Virus record (IMG/VR): IMGVR_UViG_3300020166_000010
Length of the DNA stretch: 64,000 nt
Source: a virus
Reading direction: 5' to 3' (one strand)
How positions within the stretch are numbered: the stretch's first letter is position 1; every line of letters starts with the position of its first letter. The notes below the pieces were generated by a model. That model saw only the letters and a list, made by a program, of their open reading frames with translations, did not search any database and was not told the origin of the DNA. Positions 53,831 to 60,596 of the stretch are shown here, piece by piece. The position numbers and the translations under genes are program-made.

Positions 53831-54439
53831 TTAAAACAAAGATGAGACTGTGTTGTTCAATGTAGGAATCTCCATCTTTTTAAACTTGGTCACGCCATTG
53901 TCGATGCATTCGATTGCGAATTTAGATAGGTCAGATTTTAGTATATTTACTGAGCACCATATTCTACCAGCTTCTATAACTTTAAATTTATTAAATGTAA
54001 TACCCTCTTCTAATAGTTCTTCGCTACTAAATACGCCTGGGTGTATATTGAGGTTTTTAGAATCCATTATAAAATCAAATTCGTATGATTTAAAAGTATC
54101 TTTTACATTATAATCAAATTCAAGTTCTTTTAGTATTTCCTCATCAGTAAAATATTCCCAGACAAGTTCAGTTAATTCTCCACATTCTTTTAATAAAACA
54201 AACTGCAGTCCTTCTAAAATTAAATCCACTGAATCCGCTAAACTTTTTTTATAATCTGGTTTATTTTTAAAAAGGGGTAGGTTCTCTTCGCCAGTCTCTT
54301 TAGATGTTGAGATCTGTTTTAATAATATATTGAAATCAATATCACTCATTTCATTTTCACTTTGCAATCGTAATCTAGATGATAGCTCTTCAATTTTCAT
54401 CATTATAGAATATATTGTAATTTCTTTTTGATTGTTCAT
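53831..54439 (-). CDS. hypothetical protein
   Basis: 202-aa ORF after class II promoter 54458-54484. Confidence 0.75.
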   Translation of the reverse strand: MNNQKEITIYSIMMKIEELSSRLRLQSENEMSDIDFNILLKQISTSKETGEENLPLFKNKPDYKKSLADSVDLILEGLQFVLLKECGELTELVWEYFTDEEILKELEFDYNVKDTFKSYEFDFIMDSKNLNIHPGVFSSEELLEEGITFNKFKVIEAGRIWCSVNILKSDLSKFAIECIDNGVTKFKKMEIPTLNNTVSSLF

Positions 54440-54470
54440 TTGAGTTATTTTATCTTTTTATACTTGAATT

Positions 54471-55082
54471 CTAAATAAAGTTTCCATTATTTTTTGGCTT
54501 AATAATATGCCACCATGATTCATCATCAAATATTTCAAGATCTCTATCAAAAAATTCAAAAACAGCGTCCATTACTCCAGCGTGGCCGGCTGTAAAATCA
54601 TGGCCGGCGATAATTCCACCTTCTTTAATTTTAGGTAAGAATAATTCAATGTCTCTTTTTACCCCAGCGTATGAATGATCTCCATCTATATAAACCATGT
54701 GTTGAGAATTATCTTCAATTGTATCTGCTACATTATATGAATAATCCTTAAGTAATGTTATATTGTCAAAATACCTTGTATTGATTTTAAATTCTTTTTC
54801 AACAGTTTTCCAATCATAGTTAAACATTTCACTAAACTCTTCATATCCATCTAATGGATCGATCGCTATAATGTGATTAAATCCTTGACTGCTTGCGAAT
54901 ACTTGAGTAGATTCTCCCATATAAGACCCTATTTCTATCATTCTAATTTCTTCTCCTGGGAAGGTCTGGTGTAATATCTCTCCTGCTCTATATGCTACTG
55001 AGAATATTCCTGCAAATGATTTATTTGTTGGAATATTAGGATCTTTCCATTCTGGGTTTGGATTAAATCTTTGTGTAATCAT
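54471..55082 (-). CDS. class I SAM-dependent methyltransferase (Methyltransf_24-like)
   Basis: IEIGSYMGES, VYIDGDHSY, GGIIAGHD. Confidence 0.9.
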   Translation of the reverse strand: MITQRFNPNPEWKDPNIPTNKSFAGIFSVAYRAGEILHQTFPGEEIRMIEIGSYMGESTQVFASSQGFNHIIAIDPLDGYEEFSEMFNYDWKTVEKEFKINTRYFDNITLLKDYSYNVADTIEDNSQHMVYIDGDHSYAGVKRDIELFLPKIKEGGIIAGHDFTAGHAGVMDAVFEFFDRDLEIFDDESWWHIIKPKNNGNFI

Positions 55083-55090
55083 CGTTATAT

Positions 55091-55807
55091 TTAAACTCTA
55101 TTTCTATCACACCAATTGTCCGTTGATGTTGCTACATTATTATTACTTGATTCTATATACTCCCAAGCCAAACTAAACCGTGTATCGTTTGAGGTATTTG
55201 GATAACAACCGTGTATCATATTAATATTAAAAAACACAGCATAGGGTGCGTCTAATTCTAAGTCTAGTATGGAATTAGGATTTAATTGGGTTTCATCAAT
55301 CCACCTTACTCCTTCAATATGCGATACACTATCATGTGGTAATATCCCTATTTTATGAGATTCTGGGATTACTCTTAAACACCCATTTTCTTTATTTGTA
55401 TTTTGAAAATATAGAGCGCAACTGACGATAGTATCAGGGTCGCCGTTAAAATAAAAATTATCTTGATGCAGCAGTGTTGATATTCCTACCTTGGGCTTCA
55501 TTGGAAAGAATTTAGATATGTAAACATCTAAGGGTTCTGCTGTATTTATTATTTGTTTAGCAATATTTACTAAAGTTTTATTTTTTGCTATTTTTAAAAA
55601 TTCAGGTTCAAAATCACAAGCACCTTCTATTTTATTTAAGTTAGTTGGACTATTTAATCTATAATGGCCCTCATGCTCCGTTAAATTAAGAGAGTATTCG
55701 TAATGTTTTTGACATGTTTTTAATAAAGTGTCTAATTCATCCTTAGATAAAAAATCTTTTATTATTACATATCCTAAATCATTAAATTTATTTATATCGA
55801 AGTTCAT
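55091..55807 (-). CDS. phytanoyl-CoA dioxygenase (PhyH) family
   Basis: GYVIIKDFLS, LHQD, NGCLRVIPESHK, IHG..PN.S..TR. Confidence 0.9.
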   Translation of the reverse strand: MNFDINKFNDLGYVIIKDFLSKDELDTLLKTCQKHYEYSLNLTEHEGHYRLNSPTNLNKIEGACDFEPEFLKIAKNKTLVNIAKQIINTAEPLDVYISKFFPMKPKVGISTLLHQDNFYFNGDPDTIVSCALYFQNTNKENGCLRVIPESHKIGILPHDSVSHIEGVRWIDETQLNPNSILDLELDAPYAVFFNINMIHGCYPNTSNDTRFSLAWEYIESSNNNVATSTDNWCDRNRV

Positions 55808-55824
55808 ATTCTATTTCTATTTAT

Positions 55825-55882
55825 TATATAACTAAGTTTCCTTCTAAACAAAAAAAGACCTACAAGTTAATGTAAGTCTTTT
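55825..55882 (-). repeat. terminator + late-like promoter unit, copy 1
   Basis: AAAAGACTTACATTAACTTGTAGGTCTTTTTTT..AGAAGGAAACTTAGTTATATA; near-identical to 56289-56344. Confidence 0.85.
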
Positions 55883-55901
55883 AATTTAAAAATAAATTGT
55901 T

Positions 55902-56261
55902 CTATGCGTTAAATTCTCTGGTTTGCTGAACGGATTTCCAGTCAACACCATTAATTAAATCTTTTTCAGATTTAAAGTTTGGAGAATCTATGATTTTACC
56001 AGGTAAGAAATAAACAGTATTTCCTGACAAATCTTTCTTCTTTTTAATTTTACCTTTTGAAAATACTTGCCAAAAATTTCTATCAAATCCCTTTGGAACT
56101 ATAAAAGATATATTGTTTCCTACTGATTGTATGATTTTTAATTTCTGTTTATCTGAGATCTCAGTTAAAGAAGTTTCGTCATCAATTCCATCTAAACCCT
56201 TTAATTGCTTTTCAGTTAATGGATTAGAAGTAAATTCTTCAAATAATTGTATGTGTTTCAT
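55902..56261 (-). CDS. hypothetical protein with MKHIQLFEEF N-terminus
   Basis: ORF between repeated units; AGATATATA upstream. Confidence 0.8.
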   Translation of the reverse strand: MKHIQLFEEFTSNPLTEKQLKGLDGIDDETSLTEISDKQKLKIIQSVGNNISFIVPKGFDRNFWQVFSKGKIKKKKDLSGNTVYFLPGKIIDSPNFKSEKDLINGVDWKSVQQTREFNA

Positions 56262-56288
56262 TGCGATATTTCTTATTTTGATTTATTT

Positions 56289-56344
56289 ATATATCTAAGT
56301 TTCCTTCTAAATAAAAAAGACTTACAAATTAATGTAAGTCTTTT
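56289..56344 (-). repeat. terminator + late promoter unit, copy 2 (terminates tRNA array)
   Basis: AAAAGACTTACATTAATTTGTAAGTCTTTTTT..AGAAGGAAACTTAGATATATA. Confidence 0.85.
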
Positions 56345-56347
56345 GAG

Positions 56348-56421
56348 TGGAGAATATCGGAGTCGAACCGATGACCTCTTGCGTGCAAGGCAAGCGCTCT
56401 AGCCAGCTGAGCTAATTCCCC
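56348..56421 (-). tRNA. tRNA-Ala(TGC)
   Basis: GGGGAATTAGCTCAGCTGGCTAGAGCG..CT-TGC-AC..ATTCTCCA. Confidence 0.96.
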
Positions 56422-56434
56422 ATTTTAATTGTTT

Positions 56435-56538
56435 GTAATCATAATTGGATTCGAACCAATTGCAGCTTTACAATAATGAGTCATCCTGAATGTTACTCAA
56501 CCTTTGTGAGGTGCTCCCAACCAATGGGCTTATGATTA
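56435..56538 (-). ncRNA. tRNA-like RNA with long arm replacing anticodon stem
   Basis: TAATCAT/ATGATTA acceptor, CCCA-TTGGT-TGGG D-like arm, ATTGG-TTCGAAT-CCAAT T arm. Confidence 0.7.
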
Positions 56539-56541
56539 TTT

Positions 56542-56617
56542 GGGTAGGATCAAAGGCCTTTTGCCTACCGCGACCTCGTCGTTGAACTTCCGAAAAAATC
56601 AGAGCGTACCGAGACTC
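56542..56617 (-). ncRNA. unclassified two-hairpin RNA
   Basis: TCTCG..TCTGA-T5-TCGGA..CGAGG and GGTAGG..CAAA..TTTG..CCTACC. Confidence 0.6.
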
Positions 56618-56628
56618 TTTTTAAAATA

Positions 56629-56720
56629 AGAGAGGCTTCGGGTCTTTCGGGGTTCCTGTCAATGTAATAAGCGAACCCTTGCTTTTGGTATTACAATAAT
56701 GACAGCTTCACTACCTCTCT
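56629..56720 (-). ncRNA. unclassified structured RNA with possible pseudoknot
   Basis: AGAGAGG/CCTCTCT, CTGTCA/TGACAG, TGTAATA/TATTACA; loop GGGTTC complementary to downstream GAACCC. Confidence 0.7.
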
Positions 56721-56726
56721 ATTTTT

Positions 56727-56870
56727 TTAAATAGTACGGTATCTTCTTTTACCGTCCCATTGCACTTTTTTGGTTTTACCTAATATCGATAGAACTGAAA
56801 CTTTACGATTAAAGTTTGATCTTTCACTGTTTAATTGGGCGTTACCATTTTGTTGATCACTTGTTGACAT
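56727..56870 (-). CDS. 47-aa basic protein inside tRNA array
   Basis: Manual translation MSTSDQQNGNAQLNSERSNFNRKVSVLSILGKTKKVQWDGKRRYRTI; TGATATATA at 56901-56909. Confidence 0.55.
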   Translation of the reverse strand: MSTSDQQNGNAQLNSERSNFNRKVSVLSILGKTKKVQWDGKRRYRTI

Positions 56871-56917
56871 TACTATTTTAATTTAATTTTAGTTGAAAAC
56901 TATATATCAACTATTTC

Positions 56918-56994
56918 TGGCGGCCTGGACGAGACTCGAACTCGCGACCTCATGCGTGACAGGCATGCATTCTAACCAACTGAACTACCAGGCC
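56918..56994 (-). tRNA. tRNA-Asp(GTC)
   Basis: Full cloverleaf, encoded CCA. Confidence 0.96.
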
Positions 56995-57029
56995 GTGCTA
57001 ATATTTTATAGACTTTAGTAGCGTGTCTT

Positions 57030-57114
57030 TGGCGGAGGACACAGGATTCGAACCTGCAACGGTTTAACCCGCGATAGTTTTCAAGACTACTTGACAACCA
57101 CTGTCCAATCCTCC
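57030..57114 (-). tRNA. tRNA-Ser(TGA)
   Basis: CT-TGA-AA loop, long variable arm, G73, CCA. Confidence 0.92.
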
Positions 57115-57124
57115 TCCTATTTCT

Positions 57125-57213
57125 TGGTACTGCTGGCCGGAATCGAACCGGCACGGACATTACTGCCCATTGGATTTTAAGTCCAACGTGTCTACCAGTT
57201 CCACCACAGCAGC
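57125..57213 (-). tRNA. tRNA-Leu(TAA)
   Basis: CT-TAA-AA loop, long variable arm, CCA. Confidence 0.95.
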
Positions 57214-57259
57214 ATCGTTGTTACCTAAGATAATATCATATATGTCAAATAACGTTTTG

Positions 57260-57330
57260 TTGGCTCACAAGGACTCGAACCTTGAATGACGGTACCAAAA
57301 ACCGTAGTGTTACCATTACACCATGAACCA
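57260..57330 (-). tRNA. tRNA-Gln(TTG)
   Basis: TGGTTCA/TGAGCCA acceptor, TT-TTG-GT loop. Confidence 0.94.
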
Positions 57331-57337
57331 ATTATTG

Positions 57338-57411
57338 AGCCTCTAGTCTGACTCGAACAGACGACCTGCTGATTACAAATCAGCTGCTCTAGCCAACTGA
57401 GCTATAGAGGC
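57338..57411 (-). tRNA. tRNA-Thr(TGT)
   Basis: Full cloverleaf, TT-TGT-AA. Confidence 0.95.
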
Positions 57412-57480
57412 AAAAAAAAAGACTTAGAACCTGAGTCTTAAGCTATCTAGAATTCTCGCTGCTCTGTTCATAGTCTCTTT

Positions 57481-57556
57481 TGGAGCGAAAGACCAGGTTC
57501 GAACTGGCGACCTAAAGCTTGGAAGGCTTTCGCTCTACCAACTGAGCTACTTTCGC
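57481..57556 (-). tRNA. tRNA-Gly(TCC)
   Basis: Full cloverleaf, CCA. Confidence 0.95.
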
Positions 57557-57631
57557 AATTTATTAAAAACTTTCGTTTCTAAAAGGTAATGATTATAATA
57601 ATTTAAAAGAACGTTTCGTTTGTTATGTTAT

Positions 57632-57658
57632 TTATACCATTTAATAACGAATAGTTTC
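57632..57658 (-). promoter_or_regulatory. class II promoter for main tRNA array, followed by boxA-like GTTCTTT
   Basis: GAAAC-N17-TATAA. Confidence 0.75.
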
Positions 57659-57692
57659 AAATTAATATAACTTATTTATCAATTTTATTTTG

Positions 57693-57766
57693 TAGTCCCG
57701 GGCAGACTCGAACTGCCGACCTCCACATTATCAGTGTGGCGCTCTAACCAGCTGAGCTACGAGACT
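57693..57766 (-). tRNA. tRNA-Ile(GAT)
   Basis: AGTCTCGTAGCTCAGCTGGTTAGAGCG..CT-GAT-AA..CGGGACTA. Confidence 0.96.
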
Positions 57767-57776
57767 ATTAATCCTA

Positions 57777-57998
57777 TTATAATTGGTTTTTTAATTCTGT
57801 AGGTCGCGGCTTTCTAATTCTTTTAGGCGCTCCCGTTGGTTCTGAACCTCTAACTCCTCCGACTTTAGTAGGCTTTGTTGGTCTACCTTTTTCTAATTCA
57901 GCTGGTTCTAAAACCTTAACTGGTCTTACTGGAGTTTTTACTGATTTCTTGAATAATCCTAGGAATTGCTCCCAAAGTAATTTAAATAATTTCATCAT
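57777..57998 (-). CDS. basic small protein with amphipathic N-terminal helix
   Basis: MKLFKLLWEQFLGLFKK; follows endolysin candidate. Confidence 0.65.
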   Translation of the reverse strand: MMKLFKLLWEQFLGLFKKSVKTPVRPVKVLEPAELEKGRPTKPTKVGGVRGSEPTGAPKRIRKPRPTELKNQL

Positions 57999-58005
57999 GT
58001 GTTTG

Positions 58006-58608
58006 TTAATTTATTTTGGTTATATCATTACTATTTATCAAAGTATATGTGAATGAATTTCCCCATATATTTTTAGCCTCATACATAATAGCCATAAATA
58101 TATTCCAATCAGATTCGTTAGCAATAACTTGACAGCCCGCTGACCATTTGTCTACTCTTTTAGAATCTCTTCCGGCTTTATGAATGTTAATTCCATAAAT
58201 TCCTTCTTTTATATTTTCTTCTATTAAATCAAAGCACTCATCAAGATTTTTATCTCGATAAACTTGTAGAGGAGCCTTTTGACATAATGCGTCGTATTGT
58301 CCTCTGTGTTTTCTAATTTTATGAGAACCTCTGTATTGACCTTCTTTTAAGATCGCAACTCCAGATTCATTCATTAGATTTTCTGCCCAATACTTTCCTG
58401 GGTCTGTTGTGCATGCAAACTCAAAATATTCCCATTCACCATCAAGCAATCTATATGATACTGTTATAATATCATCAAACTTATTGGTTATGTTATCATA
58501 TGTTTCTGAATTTCTAATTCCAACTATATTAACGTCAAAATCTAATCCAGTAAACCACGCGTATCCTTTTGCTTTTACAGCTCTTTCTATCTCCAGTCTA
58601 TTATACAT
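58006..58608 (-). CDS. putative peptidoglycan hydrolase/endolysin (YkuD-like fold)
   Basis: NIVGIR..FDD..TTDPG..GINIH..WSAGCQV; AGATATATA at 58626-58634. Confidence 0.65.
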   Translation of the reverse strand: MYNRLEIERAVKAKGYAWFTGLDFDVNIVGIRNSETYDNITNKFDDIITVSYRLLDGEWEYFEFACTTDPGKYWAENLMNESGVAILKEGQYRGSHKIRKHRGQYDALCQKAPLQVYRDKNLDECFDLIEENIKEGIYGINIHKAGRDSKRVDKWSAGCQVIANESDWNIFMAIMYEAKNIWGNSFTYTLINSNDITKIN

Positions 58609-58747
58609 TCAATCTTCTTTTTCTTTATATATCTTTATCAAAGTTTGTTCCAGATCCTGGGGGACTTAATTTTAAACCAAATGGACACAAACTTTCCCCA
58701 CATCCAAGTAGTTAATTTAACCTTCAGCTTTAAACCATATCTTATAA

Positions 58748-59104
58748 TCATATCGCTGCTTTTGTTTCAACTTCTTCAAACTTTTTTATATGTTTACAAT
58801 GTCCTTTGAAGAATGTGCGAGCGGGACACGTACAATCCCACGCTCCATTTTTATACGTAACTATATATTTCTTATCTCCTTTAGATGAGAGCGCCTCGAA
58901 TCTTAGATCTTGTTGGGTCTTCTCGGGTACCTCTACCGACTTTTCTTTTTTGGGGATTGAATAATCATCTACCAGTTCTATTTGATCCCTAGTAGTTCCC
59001 TCAGGTACCTCATGCCAACCGGGACATACGTATGTTTTACCAACTGTTTTTAATATTCCAAAGTCCTTAAATACAGGGTGGCGTGGGATCTTAATCTTCT
59101 CCAT
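58748..59104 (-). CDS. SWIM zinc-finger protein
   Basis: SSKGDKKYIV..WDCTCPA..CKHI. Confidence 0.85.
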   Translation of the reverse strand: MEKIKIPRHPVFKDFGILKTVGKTYVCPGWHEVPEGTTRDQIELVDDYSIPKKEKSVEVPEKTQQDLRFEALSSKGDKKYIVTYKNGAWDCTCPARTFFKGHCKHIKKFEEVETKAAI

Positions 59105-59231
59105 TGTTTCGGTGTTTTTTGTTTCGATTATATTTCTTTTTATTCTTATGAGGAGTTGGAACCTTTAAAGCATCTAACCACTCGTGCCAGGTTAATTGAA
59201 CTTCCTCTAATTTTGTTTTTTTCTTTTTCAT
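59091..59231 (-). CDS. 46-aa basic peptide with KKKYNR-x-KKH tail
   Basis: Manual translation MKKKKTKLEEVQLTWHEWLDALKVPTPHKNKKKYNRNKKHRNNGED. Confidence 0.6.
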   Translation of the reverse strand: MKKKKTKLEEVQLTWHEWLDALKVPTPHKNKKKYNRNKKHRNNGED

Positions 59232-59232
59232 C

Positions 59233-59538
59233 TTAATTTTCTAATCGATCATGAACAGATATGGGTCCATCACTAGGAAAACGAGAATCACTAGTGTAAA
59301 TCCAATTTCCGCCAGCCATCGAATGACGACCTGATTTTGCGATAGATGCTGGAACTGCGTAGTTTTTTTGCTGTCCCCACAAAACTCTTTCTATTAATAC
59401 TAATTCATCATCTGGAATCATTTCAAGATCTAATCCTTTACCATAATGTAGAATGATTGAATCTTCTTTAGAAGTTAAACCGTTATTTGAGCAATCTCCT
59501 AATGAATTTCTTAATACGAATGTTAAAACTGTTTGCAT
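59233..59538 (-). CDS. early hypothetical protein
   Basis: DCSNNGLT..MAGGNWIYTSDSRF..ISVHDR; follows 83-bp cassette. Confidence 0.8.
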   Translation of the reverse strand: MQTVLTFVLRNSLGDCSNNGLTSKEDSIILHYGKGLDLEMIPDDELVLIERVLWGQQKNYAVPASIAKSGRHSMAGGNWIYTSDSRFPSDGPISVHDRLEN

Positions 59539-59548
59539 GTTGTTTGTT

Positions 59549-59631
59549 TTTTAATTATAGTATAAATATAACCAAAAAAAGTGAACCAGGAAAATCCTGA
59601 CTCACTTATTTTAAAAAAGTTATTAACAATT
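59549..59631 (-). repeat. 83-bp early promoter cassette, identical to 12873-12955
   Basis: Base-by-base identity. Confidence 0.9.
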
Positions 59632-59637
59632 TGTATT

Positions 59638-60144
59638 TTATTTCTGCTTGTCTAACCAGGCTGAAAATTCTTTATTATTTTCATACTCATATTGGAATCT
59701 TCCCGGTGACCAATGATCGTGTCCTAATCCATAAGGTCCTAATCCATCAAACCATTTATCACACCATCCTTTAAGCCAAATCGTAGATTTGTTTCTAGTT
59801 TGTTGGAGTTGCTGTCTACGATATAATTGATATTTCTGTTCAGTCTTAACAATATTGCGATAATGTGCATGTTCTTGTAGTGTAAACTGTGTAGGGTCTT
59901 TCGCGTCTTCCTCTAAATACCACATTACAGTATTATGAAATGGATTCCATCGATCACATAGTGGATATTGAACACCTTTCGGTTGAGTTGCTTTTAATTT
60001 ATCAAGCTCCGTTTGAATTTCTTTGATAAAATCTTCTTGTGATTCAAAGTGGCCTTCGAATTCTCCTTCAAGCTTTGAATATCTAAAAGTTTGTACCAGT
60101 AAAAGTACTGAAAGTGAAATAATAAGTAATGTTGATCCTATCAT
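59638..60144 (-). CDS. membrane-anchored hypothetical protein
   Basis: N-terminal TM then coiled coil. Confidence 0.7.
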   Translation of the reverse strand: MIGSTLLIISLSVLLLVQTFRYSKLEGEFEGHFESQEDFIKEIQTELDKLKATQPKGVQYPLCDRWNPFHNTVMWYLEEDAKDPTQFTLQEHAHYRNIVKTEQKYQLYRRQQLQQTRNKSTIWLKGWCDKWFDGLGPYGLGHDHWSPGRFQYEYENNKEFSAWLDKQK

Positions 60145-60593
60145 GTTTGTTTGTTTCTTTTTTGGTGCTCTTGCTCGTACGTTATATTTCTAAGAGCGGT
60201 TGTTGAGAACCTGTGGTCTCTTTTATTATAGTGAATTGCAATTCCACGTTCTTTACATGTTTCTTTTCCAGTAAAATCTCTGCCCTCGTATTCAACTCCA
60301 ATAATTCTAACGTCTAAATCAAAAGATGCAAAAATATCTTCAAGATCTTGTTCGGTAACATAGGGAACTATTTGATCTACATGGGAACATGCATTTACCT
60401 GTATATATCTTTCAACAATCGTTTGTATTGGTTTATTCTTAGAATCTGGTCGATCAATTGTTGGATCGACTTGGAGTGCGACTATTAAATAATCGCACTC
60501 TTTTTTTGCCTCTTCTAACATTTTAATATGACCGGCATGAAATAAATCAAAAGTGGAACAAGTTATCCCTATCTTACCTTTATATTCTATCAT
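60141..60593 (-). CDS. cytidylyltransferase (TagD/GCT-like)
   Basis: TFDLFHAGH, RFSTT. Confidence 0.9.
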   Translation of the reverse strand: MIEYKGKIGITCSTFDLFHAGHIKMLEEAKKECDYLIVALQVDPTIDRPDSKNKPIQTIVERYIQVNACSHVDQIVPYVTEQDLEDIFASFDLDVRIIGVEYEGRDFTGKETCKERGIAIHYNKRDHRFSTTALRNITYEQEHQKRNKQT

Positions 60594-60596
60594 GTT

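Noticed and set aside
56435-56538. tRNA-Sec, tmRNA or YrlA Y RNA
   Set aside because: No UCA anticodon in a 7-nt loop, too short and no tag ORF for tmRNA, arm order is canonical rather than permuted
56972-57160. 62-aa ORF
   Set aside because: Overlaps tRNA-Leu, tRNA-Ser and tRNA-Asp
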